The translations under genes were made by a program, and so were the position numbers. A stretch of 64,000 bases of DNA from Candidatus Nomurabacteria bacterium (GTDB lineage: Bacteria; Patescibacteriota; Minisyncoccia; Phycocordibacterales; UBA9973). The notes beneath the pieces were generated by a model. The model did no database searches. It was not told the origin of the DNA and was given only the letters and a program-made list of their open reading frames with translations. The first letter of the stretch is position 1, and every line of letters begins with the position of its first letter. The stretch spans positions 25,811-89,810 of the forward strand of contig JACKGL010000004.1 of NCBI GenBank assembly GCA_020631955.1, in the 5' to 3' direction. Below are positions 30,901 to 40,227 of this stretch, in pieces.

Positions 30901-31414
30901 TCAGTTTATAGGTGTTGATGGGCAAGACATGGAAACTAATTGGGAAGTTTCGACTGTTCTCACTATTATAAACACACCACCCCCTCCTTCATGTGGACCA
31001 GGTGATGATGATGCAGGGTTTATACCTAGTAGCGACATAATTGATGAAGACACAGGAGGAGACAATAACCAATGTGGTTTTATAGCAAACATAATTGGAG
31101 TATGTAAGACTGACACTAAAATAGACACTACTGACCCCAAAGTTAGCATCACTTCCCCACTAAACGGATCAATAGTCTCAGGTAACGTAAACATAGTAGT
31201 CAGTGTACAAGACAATATAAATGTAAGAAAAGTATATTGGTATCTAGATGACAAACAAATGGATGGTGTAGAGGTAAACAGTAAATATCAAAATATTTCA
31301 TTTAACCTAAACGCGAACAACCTCTCCGCTGGAGCTCACAGTATATACGCACTAGTAGAAGACAGCAGCGGAAACACTAGCACAAGTAAGACAATAAGAA
31401 TAAAAACAAATTAA
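27953..31414 (+). CDS. large secreted multidomain hydrolase (TIM-barrel glycosidase-like N-region, alpha/beta-hydrolase esterase module, C-terminal Ig-like domain)
   Basis: Signal anchor; YVEMGNEVY (xGNE glycosidase-like); HGGAFGPGG plus GTSSGG (esterase oxyanion/nucleophile motifs); C-terminal beta-rich repeat. Confidence 0.5.
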   Translation: MNSEINLKDPKWDSLKAIFFIGIVVVAGMFAVSKSSLRDAILPGMVDPLNSVGMSVDIYSVPGTQKVEKDIYGVALAKYWDEIGPWGDNDIENALEELDLNSIRNVGGLVKYQRVWLSDEQVAELLTEDEQMALLPGNEVRGFGYIIADRISEEAAGNEGEVAEITEPKPKYDNLSYLEGYQNSYPHNFIHDIVSIANVSDATVSYTININYGTPEEAAQQVAFLIDQGVNLKYVEMGNEVYSKGNKYYINGNPLITAPISVASYIEDANEFRSAIAAVAPNVKFALVAAPKKGFEEAAEGFDSDGDFNTQWNIALNEAMNANGYDTYIMHFYHGFFTCSDIFTSMQRDDIFNCSKGELDDFDNPSPLPNLATAMPPIYDYYHDTFSDKNMIITEWNINQDSTRTNSTLANSILHAAFTGQFLNLINDANFRHGNFIKLASYHTFATDGGNAMISKRTTSNNEALTEPEDIGNFVRRTPYFAMKSMKNIFKNDYTPAQYNVNFTEDAEEFGQDIFFYTYKSPSGNIAIFVSNLSNKTLRFSEISLDGQNVDLYNSASYIEYIDGNNNYYSLGTTEFEKNPGLDANVVEERFKRTSNLYIPAYGVGTVYITPKYAQEASSDNPSPDNNQIYTSEIITYATTNAGTNLMFEFSKPEDAQNPLPVVVALHGGAFGPGGLNVLDGYISDFTGAGYATVEASYRSLSEGTFPAQVQDIKGLIRYLRANSATLGIDPNKIAVLGTSSGGMIMNTVGFSADEPSLEGTTGGNTGFSSRPNAIINLFGSVDPANPFNLKESIVTIFKEYAGCESNDPCTGINIAVAANYADAGDPPILTLHGEEDDSVYIENSYAIHQIFNEQNIQNALITLPGVGHDKEAVLDQEMEAIIDFLDTTLYESDSFDFDDYQIEFSENDEYEILGPGLDNWTMCINGNEKHNKYNSLYEGAPLPITLKVHSYPEGEVVYQVNDLTNHNTILNNHLIHGQEYTLQFIGVDGQDMETNWEVSTVLTIINTPPPPSCGPGDDDAGFIPSSDIIDEDTGGDNNQCGFIANIIGVCKTDTKIDTTDPKVSITSPLNGSIVSGNVNIVVSVQDNINVRKVYWYLDDKQMDGVEVNSKYQNISFNLNANNLSAGAHSIYALVEDSSGNTSTSKTIRIKTN

Positions 31415-31436
31415 AATAACCCCTTGGGGTTATTTT
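31415..31436. terminator. bidirectional terminator hairpin
   Basis: aataaccccttggggttatt between convergent genes. Confidence 0.45.
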
Positions 31437-32107
31437 ATTCTTGTACCATCGAAATCTTGGTTGTTTATAGATTTGCGTAAATCTTCCAGCTTCTGACCCA
31501 GAATGATATCTACTTCCAGATCTAAGCTTTTTGCGTTCCTAGCTGCTTCCGGATCGAAAGGAGTAGAAAGTCCTGGTTCCCATTTTTCTGGTATACATCC
31601 TAGATAAGTATCCCAATCTATGTCTTTCATTATTTGTGCATCAGGATATTTCTTTGGGTCTTTAGAGTAGACATACTCTACATTTGAAATATTTATCACC
31701 TTTTTAGCGCCGAACTTCTTCGCCAGCTCAACAGCAATATAGTCAGTACTTCTTCCTGGTTTCCAACCGGCACCTAAGATAACATCTTCGTTCCAATCCA
31801 CTTCCATATCCGGAGAAGTTATTATCTGAGTATTGGCCATATCACCAAAAGCCATCTTTACAAACTCAGCATTGAGCCTTGTAGAGTGTATACCCACCCA
31901 ATCAAGGGCTTCACTTTCATCATCAAACTCTTTCAGTGCATCTTGATATCTTCTAGCTAGTCGTCCACCTCCTGCGATGATAATAAATCTTTTTCCTTTT
32001 GATACTTCTTCTCTTACTAGATCAATAAAACTTTTTATATAATCAGTATCTATATTATCTGGAAATATTAGAGAACCCCCTAAAGATATAACTTGCACTT
32101 CTTTCAT
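31430..32107 (-). CDS. pyrH: UMP kinase (amino-acid kinase family)
   Basis: ISLGGSLI, IIIAGGGRLARRY, GWKPGRSTDYIAVELA, VEYVYSKDPKKYPDA. Confidence 0.6.
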   Translation of the reverse strand: MKEVQVISLGGSLIFPDNIDTDYIKSFIDLVREEVSKGKRFIIIAGGGRLARRYQDALKEFDDESEALDWVGIHSTRLNAEFVKMAFGDMANTQIITSPDMEVDWNEDVILGAGWKPGRSTDYIAVELAKKFGAKKVINISNVEYVYSKDPKKYPDAQIMKDIDWDTYLGCIPEKWEPGLSTPFDPEAARNAKSLDLEVDIILGQKLEDLRKSINNQDFDGTRIK

Positions 32108-32108
32108 A

Positions 32109-32702
32109 TTACTGTAGTCCTAGTTTATTCATAATCTCTGTATGCACTTCTTCTATAGATTGCTCACCGTTTATATCCAACACGCTGTAAGCTGAATCTT
32201 CTCTCATATATTCGAGCATTGGTACTACACTTTTTCTAAAATCACCTAATCTGTTATTTATCTTTTCTTCTGTGTCATCATGCCTACCCCTAGACAACAG
32301 TCTGTCTCTACTCCAACCATCACTGACTTCTATGTTCAAAACAATATACTTTTCTCTACCTAAAAATTGCATAAACTCTTCCATGGCTTTAGCTTGGCCG
32401 GTACTCCTAAGAACTGCATCTAAAAAAACTATCTCATTATCTTCTTTCATGTCTTTTATAAGAGTATCTACCATAGTCCATATAGGAAAAATATCTGGCA
32501 AAAAGAAACCGTTATCTACAGTATTTTTTACCTTTTTAGAAACATATCCATCTCCACCCATAAGATCTCTAAATCTAGAGCCGCTTTCAGTAAGCAAAAC
32601 CTTTTCTCCTTTTTTAGTGAAATAATCCATCAAGAGCTTTACTTGGGTTCCTTTACCGCAACCGCTTTTCCCTACAAAAACTATTGTTTTTTCTATATTC
32701 AT
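32109..32702 (-). CDS. adk: adenylate kinase
   Basis: P-loop GKSGCGKGTQ, LID-like SRGRHDDTEEKINNRLGDF. Confidence 0.65.
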   Translation of the reverse strand: MNIEKTIVFVGKSGCGKGTQVKLLMDYFTKKGEKVLLTESGSRFRDLMGGDGYVSKKVKNTVDNGFFLPDIFPIWTMVDTLIKDMKEDNEIVFLDAVLRSTGQAKAMEEFMQFLGREKYIVLNIEVSDGWSRDRLLSRGRHDDTEEKINNRLGDFRKSVVPMLEYMREDSAYSVLDINGEQSIEEVHTEIMNKLGLQ

Positions 32703-32770
32703 ACTAATACAGAATACAAGAAATCGGCTTTTAATTCAAGAAAATAAGCCTTGAAAAATAAGCCAAAATC

Positions 32771-33358
32771 ATGTTTAATAAGCATATGAAAAAACATATC
32801 ATCACTTTGGCAGGTAAAAACGGCAGTGGTAAGTCTTCCACGGGTAATAAATTAGCAGAAATGCTCGGTTATGAGAGGTTCTCAACTGGAGATTTTATGA
32901 GACAGATGGCAGAGAAAAAAGGTATAAGCCTCGAAGAGCTCGGTAATCTGGCGCAAAGTGACCCATCTATAGACAAGTCGATAGATGAGAACAGTCTAAA
33001 ACTAGCAGAGATGGATAACATCATTATAGACTCCAGACTAGCTTTTCACTTTATACCTGACTCTTTCAAAGTTTTCTTAGAACTAGCGCCCGAAATAGCT
33101 GCTGAGAGAATATTGAAAGATAAGGATAATGTCCATAGACAAAATGAGGCAAATGCTGATTTTAGTGATAAAGAATCTATAATCAAATCTATCACCGAAA
33201 GACTCGAATCAGAAAGATCTAGATATAAAAAATACTACAACATAGAAGATCACACTGCACATGAGAACTTCGATTTGGTTATAGATACCTCTTTGTACCC
33301 TATGGAACAAGTAGCGCAAATAATATACGACACATATCAAGAATGGCTAAAAAAATAA
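32771..33358 (+). CDS. cmk: cytidylate kinase
   Basis: ITLAGKNGSGKSSTGNKLAEMLGYERFSTGDFMRQ. Confidence 0.75.
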   Translation: MFNKHMKKHIITLAGKNGSGKSSTGNKLAEMLGYERFSTGDFMRQMAEKKGISLEELGNLAQSDPSIDKSIDENSLKLAEMDNIIIDSRLAFHFIPDSFKVFLELAPEIAAERILKDKDNVHRQNEANADFSDKESIIKSITERLESERSRYKKYYNIEDHTAHENFDLVIDTSLYPMEQVAQIIYDTYQEWLKK

Positions 33359-33380
33359 ACCGGCAAATGCCGGTTTATTT
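33357..33380. terminator. bidirectional terminator hairpin
   Basis: aaaccggcaaatgccggttt then T-run. Confidence 0.5.
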
Positions 33381-33396
33381 TTAAATGGAAGTAAAA

Positions 33397-34662
33397 TTAG
33401 TATTCTCTCATTGTCACCTGTGCATCGATCTTCTTCATAAGATCTGTGATCACATTCACAACGATAAGAAGCGCTGTACCTCCGATAGCAAGTGATGCTA
33501 TACCAGTGATAGATTGCAGTATGATAGGAAGTATAGCTATAAACCCTAGGAATAGAGCCCCTACAAATGTAACTCTAGTAAGCACTTTACCAACATATTC
33601 TTCTGTAGCTGCTCCTGGTCTGATACCTGGGATAAAAGCTCCATTCTTTTGTAAGTTTGAAGACATAGATTCTGGATCAAAAGTAATAGCAGTGTAGAAG
33701 TATGTAAAGAAGAATACTCCTATAAAGTAAATAGCGATATATGTAGGACTTGTTTGTTGCCATCCTGCAAGTGTCTCAGCTATTTTCAGAATTGTAGGAT
33801 TTGTAGAGATAGTACTTAGTATATTTCCAGCGAGTTGTGGAATAAGTAAGATAGATAGAGCAAAGATGATAGGCATCACTCCTGCTTGGTTCATTCTCAT
33901 AGGGAGATATGTGTGTACTCCACCGAAAGCTGTTCTACCTCCTCTAGCTTCTCTAGCATATGTGATAGGTATAGGTCTTTCTGCTTCAGTGATAAATACA
34001 ACACCAGCGATAACTATAAGAGCTACAAGAGCAAAAGCTATGTATGTAGGTAGATCTGAAGGGTTGTAAGCAAAAGCTAGTTGTCCTACAGCACGTGGCA
34101 GTCTAGCGACAATACCAGCAAAGATGATAAGTGATACACCGTTGCCGATACCAAACTCTGATACGAGTTCACCAAGCCACATAAGAAATACAGCTCCAGC
34201 TACTATGATAAGTACGTTAAAGAGCATAGCTCCACCTCCTATATCTCCAAATACTCCTTGTTTTTGGAAAAGTGCAAGAAGACCATATCCTTGAATAAAG
34301 GCTAGTGGTACTGTAATTATTCTTGAGTATTGAGAAAACTTTTTTCTTCCTGCTTCTCCTTCTTCTGAGTAAAGAGCTTTTAGTCTAGGCACCATTACTG
34401 TAAGAAGTTGCATGATTATAGATGCAGTAATGTAAGGACCTACTCCTAGCATAACCAAAGATAGGTTTGAAAGACCACCTCCAGAAAATACATCCAAAAA
34501 ACCTATGAACTGATTTGAATCTAGTACTTGGTTTAGTCTTAGGTTGTCTATACCTGGTATAGGAACAGCAGCAAGAAGTCTAAATGCAACAAGAGCACCC
34601 AGCACAAAAAGAATCCTGTTTCTTAATGATTTGTCTTTTAGTATTGTTTTAAACTTCTTCAT
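33397..34662 (-). CDS. secY: preprotein translocase subunit SecY
   Basis: 10-TM SecY with conserved blocks. Confidence 0.9.
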   Translation of the reverse strand: MKKFKTILKDKSLRNRILFVLGALVAFRLLAAVPIPGIDNLRLNQVLDSNQFIGFLDVFSGGGLSNLSLVMLGVGPYITASIIMQLLTVMVPRLKALYSEEGEAGRKKFSQYSRIITVPLAFIQGYGLLALFQKQGVFGDIGGGAMLFNVLIIVAGAVFLMWLGELVSEFGIGNGVSLIIFAGIVARLPRAVGQLAFAYNPSDLPTYIAFALVALIVIAGVVFITEAERPIPITYAREARGGRTAFGGVHTYLPMRMNQAGVMPIIFALSILLIPQLAGNILSTISTNPTILKIAETLAGWQQTSPTYIAIYFIGVFFFTYFYTAITFDPESMSSNLQKNGAFIPGIRPGAATEEYVGKVLTRVTFVGALFLGFIAILPIILQSITGIASLAIGGTALLIVVNVITDLMKKIDAQVTMREY

Positions 34663-34673
34663 ATATTTTTAAA

Positions 34674-35126
34674 TTAAAGAGTGATAGTGCATCCAGCTTT
34701 TTCAGCTATTGCTTTTGCGTTGTTAGTGAAAGCGACTTTTTGGAAAGAAACTTTTTTGGTTATACCACCAGTGGATACTATTTTCACTTTAGGCATTTTA
34801 CCATATATTTTCTTTGCTAGTCCTTTTTCTACTAAAGTAGCAGAGCTTACGGTTTCTCCAGCTGAATATATAGCGTCGATTCTTCCTAGTGATATAGCTT
34901 TATATACTACTCTCGAGTCATTCACTGTGCGAGCTCTGTTTTTACCATGACCTCTTCTCTTTGGAAGTTTCTTTATTTGATCTCTCAATACAGGTCTATC
35001 TTTGTGTCCTGATCTTGCTGTCTGACCTTTCATTCCTCTTCCTGATGTCTTTCCTCTCTTTCCTCCTCTACCTATTTGTACAGACTTTTTATTTGTATTT
35101 TTTCTTTTTATTTCGTGTATTTGCAT
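34674..35126 (-). CDS. rplO: 50S ribosomal protein L15
   Basis: GRGGKRGKTSGRG Gly/Arg-rich N-region; synteny. Confidence 0.85.
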   Translation of the reverse strand: MQIHEIKRKNTNKKSVQIGRGGKRGKTSGRGMKGQTARSGHKDRPVLRDQIKKLPKRRGHGKNRARTVNDSRVVYKAISLGRIDAIYSAGETVSSATLVEKGLAKKIYGKMPKVKIVSTGGITKKVSFQKVAFTNNAKAIAEKAGCTITL

Positions 35127-35132
35127 AAGCCT

Positions 35133-35813
35133 TTACTCTTTTTTACTACTTTCTTCTTCATTAGAAACATCTCCATCTTTAGCAGTTTTTTCTGGTGAAG
35201 CTTTTTTCTTGTAAGGAGATGATACTTCAGCTAAGGCTTTTACAGTAGCTCTAGCTATGTTCACCTTGTTCTTAGATCTTGAATGTATCTTAGAAGTAAC
35301 ATCTTTTATACCAGCTAGTAGAAGGATATCTCTTATAGCACTACCTGCCACAAGTCCTTTTGATTTGTTAGGCATAAGCATAACTCTAGCACTAGCATAT
35401 TTTGCATCCAAAAGATGAGGTACAGAACCATTCTTGTTGGTTTTTATTGTTATCATGTTTTTCTTTGCGTCAGATATAGCCTTACTTATAGCAAGTGATG
35501 TATCTGTAGCTTTACCCATACCTACTCCTATAGATCCTTTCTTGTCTCCCAAAAGCATAGCAACTGAGAAGCTAAATCTTCTACCTCCAGCCACAACACG
35601 AGTCACTCTTCTTATATTGAGTATCTTTTGTTCAAATTCTGGAGCTTTTCTTTCTCTTGCTCCATCTCTCTTACCTCTTCCTCTCATAGGCTTTCTTGTA
35701 GATCCAGGTCTTACGTTTCTTCTTTTTGTCATTGCAGCACGAGCATCTTTGTGAGTTTGTACAAACTCATTTGTGTTCTCCGCTGCGTTTTGTGTTTTAT
35801 TTTCTTCGCTCAT
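35133..35813 (-). CDS. rpsE: 30S ribosomal protein S5 (with N- and C-terminal extensions)
   Basis: VTRVVAGGRRFSFSVAMLLGD...GVGMGKA S5 core. Confidence 0.85.
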   Translation of the reverse strand: MSEENKTQNAAENTNEFVQTHKDARAAMTKRRNVRPGSTRKPMRGRGKRDGARERKAPEFEQKILNIRRVTRVVAGGRRFSFSVAMLLGDKKGSIGVGMGKATDTSLAISKAISDAKKNMITIKTNKNGSVPHLLDAKYASARVMLMPNKSKGLVAGSAIRDILLLAGIKDVTSKIHSRSKNKVNIARATVKALAEVSSPYKKKASPEKTAKDGDVSNEEESSKKE

Positions 35814-35823
35814 ATTTCAACTC

Positions 35824-36177
35824 TTAAAATACTAATCCAGACTCTCTAGCAGCGTCTGCAAGTGTTCTAATACGACCAGCATATCTAAATCCTCCTCTAT
35901 CAAATACTACGTTTGTTATACCTGCAGCTTTGGCTTTCTGTGCTATATCTTTACCTACTTCTTTAGCTCTATCGATATTACCTTTTGTTTTTGACTTCAT
36001 GTCATTTGCAGATGCTATAGTGTTGCCGTTTGTATCATCTATTATCTGAGCATATATAAACTTGTTTGATCTATATATGTTAAGACGAGGCATGTCTGTG
36101 GTACCTGAAATCTTAGAACGTATTCTGTTCTTTATTCTCATTCTGCTTTGTGATTTTTTTTGTTCTTTTGTTTTCAT
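35824..36177 (-). CDS. rplR: 50S ribosomal protein L18
   Basis: RLNIYRSNKFIYAQIIDD...NVVFDRGGFRYAGRI. Confidence 0.85.
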   Translation of the reverse strand: MKTKEQKKSQSRMRIKNRIRSKISGTTDMPRLNIYRSNKFIYAQIIDDTNGNTIASANDMKSKTKGNIDRAKEVGKDIAQKAKAAGITNVVFDRGGFRYAGRIRTLADAARESGLVF

Positions 36178-36195
36178 AATCTATACTCCCTTTTA

Positions 36196-36732
36196 CTAAG
36201 CAGTTTTCTTACCTTGCTTTCTTCTAATAACCTCATCTTCATATCTAAAACCTTTTCCTTTATATGGTTCTGGTTTCTTTAGTGATCTGATGTAAGCAGA
36301 AAAACTTCCTACCAACTCTTTGTCGATACCTGTGATAGTGATAAGGTTTTTCTCTGCTGTGACTGTAAGACCTGTTGGTATTTGCTCTTCTACAGGGTGT
36401 GAAAATCCTAAAGCAAGCTTTAGTTTGTCTCCAGCTACTTCTGACTTAAATCCTACACCTTCTAGTATAAGTTTCTTTACATAAGGAGTGTTTACTCCGT
36501 TTACCATATTTCTTACATGTGAAGAGTATGTACCCCAAAGAGAGTTAGCTTCTTTAGTCTCACCTTTCTTTTCAAAAGAAATATTTGATCCATCTACTTT
36601 TATTTCTACTAGTCTTGGGTTGTACTCTTTCTTTAATTCACCGTTTGGACCTTTTACAGTTACCATACCAGCATCTACTGTGACAGTAGTTTTGTCTGGG
36701 ATATTTATTATCATTTTTCCTATTCTTGACAT
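36196..36732 (-). CDS. rplF: 50S ribosomal protein L6
   Basis: MSRIGKMIINIPDKTTV; two L6 repeats; start set at internal Met. Confidence 0.85.
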   Translation of the reverse strand: MSRIGKMIINIPDKTTVTVDAGMVTVKGPNGELKKEYNPRLVEIKVDGSNISFEKKGETKEANSLWGTYSSHVRNMVNGVNTPYVKKLILEGVGFKSEVAGDKLKLALGFSHPVEEQIPTGLTVTAEKNLITITGIDKELVGSFSAYIRSLKKPEPYKGKGFRYEDEVIRRKQGKKTA

Positions 36733-36743
36733 ATCTATAACTC

Positions 36744-37130
36744 TTACCAAATAGTGAATAACAATTCTCCTCCGACCAACTCTTTTCTAGCATCTAGGTG
36801 TGTCAAAATACCTTTTGGTGTAGAAAGTACTAGTACTCCTCTACCTGTAAGGTATTTTTTAAAGTCTCCCACTTTTCCATACATTCTTCTTGATGGTTTT
36901 GAAATTCTTCTTACTCCTCTGATGTCTGCTTTAGTTTCTCCCTTTTCCAAAAGAAGAAGTAGGGCTTTGTGACCTTTGTGAGTCTTTTCTTCTATTTCTA
37001 CTATATACCCTGCCTTTTTAAGACATTCTGCAATACTTTGTTTTAGTGCTGAGTGCTGTACCAAAACTGCATCTTTGCCTGCCATAGATGCATTTTTGAG
37101 CATATTTACCATATCTCCTATAACGTCCAT
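36744..37130 (-). CDS. rpsH: 30S ribosomal protein S8
   Basis: DVIGDMVNMLKNA...GELLFTIW. Confidence 0.9.
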   Translation of the reverse strand: MDVIGDMVNMLKNASMAGKDAVLVQHSALKQSIAECLKKAGYIVEIEEKTHKGHKALLLLLEKGETKADIRGVRRISKPSRRMYGKVGDFKKYLTGRGVLVLSTPKGILTHLDARKELVGGELLFTIW

Positions 37131-37131
37131 A

Positions 37132-37317
37132 TTACCAACTCGACTTTCTTACTCCTGGTATCATACCCTCGTTTGCGTGTTCACGAAAACAAATTCTACA
37201 AATACCAAAATCACGCATAAAACCCCTGCCTCGACCGCAGAGTGCGCATCTGTTTTTAATTCTTGTACTATATTTTGGAGTCTTCTTTGAGCGCTCCCAT
37301 GTTGATGTTTTTGCCAT
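37132..37317 (-). CDS. rpsN: 30S ribosomal protein S14 type Z (zinc-binding)
   Basis: 61 aa, CALCGR...CRICFRE. Confidence 0.85.
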   Translation of the reverse strand: MAKTSTWERSKKTPKYSTRIKNRCALCGRGRGFMRDFGICRICFREHANEGMIPGVRKSSW

Positions 37318-37518
37318 AATAAAAATTCTCGATTGACCACTTGGGTTTCTCGTGTTTTTGCTCTTGACCTCTTTATAAGGGCAAAAGGAGAAACACGGAC
37401 CACAAAAGTCAACGTGGGTATAATTTATCAGATAAGCCGAATATTGTCAAATAAAAACCACCGTAGCCGAACAGGACGTTCTAGACACTACGGTGGTAAC
37501 CTGAAAACCCAATGTTTT

Positions 37519-37950
37519 TTAGGTCGATACTTTCTTTGCTTGGATGCAAAGGGTCGCATGCGGGACAGCACGAAGCCTCTCCTTGGAGATAAGCTTGCCG
37601 GTTTTGCGACAGATCCCGTATGTTTTGTTTTTAATACGGGATAAAGCCTTCTCAAGGCGGCCAATGTATTCGGTTTGACGGTTTACCATAAAACTATGGT
37701 ATTCCCTCTCGGCTGTGCTGGTTCCATCTTCCAGATTAGAAAACCTGGTGTCATGATCACCAAGGACCGATGCTCCATTTAACTCTCCTTTATGATAGGA
37801 CAGAGTTTCTTGAGCATCTTTTAGTTTACTAACTATCAACTTTTCAAACTCTTCGAGTTCGTCAGCTGAATACCGGGTCTTCTCTTTTTGTTGACCAGGT
37901 AAAGTTTGTGCGCTCGCTGCGCCACTGGGGGTAGTACTGTTGTTTCTCAT
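37519..37950 (-). CDS. DksA/TraR-family-like protein with degenerate (2-Cys) zinc finger, inserted in ribosomal operon
   Basis: Coiled-coil-like N-region plus C-terminal YGICRKTGKLISKERLRAVPHATLCIQ resembling the DksA C4 finger with two Cys replaced; visibly GC-richer than flanks. Confidence 0.5.
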   Translation of the reverse strand: MRNNSTTPSGAASAQTLPGQQKEKTRYSADELEEFEKLIVSKLKDAQETLSYHKGELNGASVLGDHDTRFSNLEDGTSTAEREYHSFMVNRQTEYIGRLEKALSRIKNKTYGICRKTGKLISKERLRAVPHATLCIQAKKVST

Positions 37951-38039
37951 ACACTAAATTTGGGTTTAAGTGAATTATTCGGTTTTAAAACATTGATCTC
38001 CAATATACAACAAATACAGAGATTTGCAAGTATAAAAAC

Positions 38040-38063
38040 AAAAAACGCCTTTCGGCGTTTTTT
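38040..38063 (-). terminator. rho-independent terminator downstream of rplE (inside r-protein cluster)
   Basis: aaaacgcctttcggcgtttt hairpin; minus-strand reading is followed by a T-run. Confidence 0.5.
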
Positions 38064-38072
38064 GAGTCAGAT

Positions 38073-38639
38073 CTATTTTTTCTTCTTCTCTTCTTCGGCT
38101 TTAAACGGCATACCCATTATTTCGAAGAATTTGATAGCTTCTTTTTTGTTTTTTGCTGTAGTCACCACTGTTATAGAGAGTCCAAAAACATCTTTTATAT
38201 CTTCATCTCCTGTTTCTGGGAAGATAGTGTGTTCTTTTATTCCTAGTGTCATGTTACCCATGCTGTCTACTACTTTTCTGTCGATACCACGGAAGTCTTT
38301 TGTACGAGGTATAGATATGTGTACTAGTTTATCGAAAAATTGATACATATCATTTCCTCTAAGTGTCACAGATACTCCTACAGGATCTCCTTCTCTTACT
38401 TTAAAGCTAGCGATAGACTTCTTTGCACCTCTGATAGAAGGCTTTTGACCTGTTATTTTGTATATTCTGTCTAACACGTGGTCGTTTCTGTTTCTATCAG
38501 TCTTTGCTTGTTTTCCTGTACCTGAAGATATAACTATCTTTTCAAATCTAGGTGCAGCAAGCATGTTCTTATAACCAAAATCCCCTTTCATGAGTTCAAA
38601 TGCTTTTTTCTCTTGTTCTTTTGCTGGTATGAATTCCAT
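38073..38639 (-). CDS. rplE: 50S ribosomal protein L5
   Basis: NMLAAPRFEKIVISSGTG..., GMPFKAEEEKKKK tail. Confidence 0.9.
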   Translation of the reverse strand: MEFIPAKEQEKKAFELMKGDFGYKNMLAAPRFEKIVISSGTGKQAKTDRNRNDHVLDRIYKITGQKPSIRGAKKSIASFKVREGDPVGVSVTLRGNDMYQFFDKLVHISIPRTKDFRGIDRKVVDSMGNMTLGIKEHTIFPETGDEDIKDVFGLSITVVTTAKNKKEAIKFFEIMGMPFKAEEEKKKK

Positions 38640-38651
38640 ATTAATAACTCA

Positions 38652-38963
38652 CTATTTTACAATTTGTCCGCTTTTTCTTGCTATTCTGACCTTCTTATCT
38701 TTTTCCATAGTAAATCCTACTCTAGTAGCTTCACCAGTCTTAGGATCTACAAGTGCTACATTTGAAAGGTGTATTGGTCTTGGTACTTCTATTATTTGCC
38801 CTCCTGTGTTACCCCCTTTCTTCTCATGCTTCTTTTTCATGTTAACACCAGAAACTAGCACTCTATCTAAAAGAGGAAATATTTTTTCTACCTTACCTTT
38901 CTTACCTTTATCAGCTCCAGAAATCACTATTACATTGTCTCCTTTTTTTATCTTGCTTGCCAT
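38652..38963 (-). CDS. rplX: 50S ribosomal protein L24
   Basis: KIKKGDNVIVISGADKGKKGKV KOW motif. Confidence 0.9.
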   Translation of the reverse strand: MASKIKKGDNVIVISGADKGKKGKVEKIFPLLDRVLVSGVNMKKKHEKKGGNTGGQIIEVPRPIHLSNVALVDPKTGEATRVGFTMEKDKKVRIARKSGQIVK

Positions 38964-38965
38964 AT

Positions 38966-39337
38966 TTATATAACCTCAGGTGCTAATGATGCTATCTTTT
39001 GATAACCCTTCTCAGAAATCTCTCTAGGTATAGGACCGAATATACGTCCTGCCTTAGGATCTTTCTTTCCTTTTTCTAGTATTACAACTGCGTTTTCGTC
39101 AAATCTGATATAAGATCCATCTTTTCTTCTTAGTGGAGCTACTTGTCTTACTATCACTGCTTGATGTACATCTTTCTTTTTCACAGCTTTTCTTGGTTCT
39201 GCTACTTTCACAGAAACAACAACCACATCACCGATAGATGCATATCTTCTCTTAGAACCACCGAGAACTTTGAAAACTTTCGCTATCTTTGCTCCTGAGT
39301 TGTCTGCTACTTTTACTACTGATCCGTCTTGTATCAT
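38966..39337 (-). CDS. rplN: 50S ribosomal protein L14
   Basis: [17 protein letters not shown]. Confidence 0.9.
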   Translation of the reverse strand: MIQDGSVVKVADNSGAKIAKVFKVLGGSKRRYASIGDVVVVSVKVAEPRKAVKKKDVHQAVIVRQVAPLRRKDGSYIRFDENAVVILEKGKKDPKAGRIFGPIPREISEKGYQKIASLAPEVI

Positions 39338-39340
39338 ATT

Positions 39341-39607
39341 CTAACTCTTACTTTTTACTACTCTTACAAGAGTAAAGTTCTTATCTTTTGACAAAGGTTT
39401 TGATTCTGTTATTTCTACTTCATCACCTATCTTTGCAGTATTTCCTTCATCATGAGCTTTGAACTTCTTAGCTATGTTTATATACTTTTGATATTTTGGA
39501 TGCTTAACAAATCTTGATACTGATACCACTATAGTCTTGTCCATCTTATCTGAAGTCACAACTCCTTTAAGAACTTTTGATTTTTTTGTTGTTTCTTGTG
39601 TTTTCAT
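39341..39607 (-). CDS. rpsQ: 30S ribosomal protein S17
   Basis: [29 protein letters not shown]. Confidence 0.85.
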   Translation of the reverse strand: MKTQETTKKSKVLKGVVTSDKMDKTIVVSVSRFVKHPKYQKYINIAKKFKAHDEGNTAKIGDEVEITESKPLSKDKNFTLVRVVKSKS

Positions 39608-39608
39608 A

Positions 39609-39800
39609 TTATTCTGACTTATTCTTTAGAGCTGTTAGTAATCTAGCTATTTGCTTTCTAGATGCTCTCTTCACATGAGAGTGAGATGATCTACCTCCAG
39701 CGCTACCAAATCTAAAATCTTTCATAGCTTCTCTATGTGTGCTGATTTCTTTGTTTATTTCTTCCACTGTTTCTGGGATTTTATTCTTATCCTTAGCCAT
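39609..39800 (-). CDS. rpmC: 50S ribosomal protein L29
   Basis: Small helical protein in the conserved position between L16 and S17. Confidence 0.75.
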   Translation of the reverse strand: MAKDKNKIPETVEEINKEISTHREAMKDFRFGSAGGRSSHSHVKRASRKQIARLLTALKNKSE

Positions 39801-39801
39801 A

Positions 39802-40224
39802 TTATCTCTCTACTATTTTAGTCTTCACTGGTAATTTTGTACCTGCTTTTCTAAGAGCTTCACGAGCTATGTCCGCTGGAACGTTGTCCACTTCAAAAAC
39901 TATTTTTCCTGGCTTCACTTCAGCGCAAAAACCTTGTGGATCCCCCTTTCCTTTACCCATACCTACTTCGTTTGGCTTTGCTGTGAAAGGTCTGTCTGGA
40001 AAAACTCTTATCCAATATTTACCAGTCTTACCTAGTTGTCTAGACATAGCCTTTCTAGCTGCTTCTATTTGGTTTGATCTTACTCTAGCGAGTGTAGTAG
40101 CTTTTAAACCATAAGAACCAAAAGCTACAGTAGTACCTCTGGTTTCTTTCATAGAAGCGAGTCTTGTTTCACTCTTTCTTCCTGTTTGCCATTTTCTATG
40201 TTTTACTTTCTTAGGAAACAACAT
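39802..40224 (-). CDS. rplP: 50S ribosomal protein L16
   Basis: [16 protein letters not shown]. Confidence 0.9.
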   Translation of the reverse strand: MLFPKKVKHRKWQTGRKSETRLASMKETRGTTVAFGSYGLKATTLARVRSNQIEAARKAMSRQLGKTGKYWIRVFPDRPFTAKPNEVGMGKGKGDPQGFCAEVKPGKIVFEVDNVPADIAREALRKAGTKLPVKTKIVER

Positions 40225-40227
40225 ATG

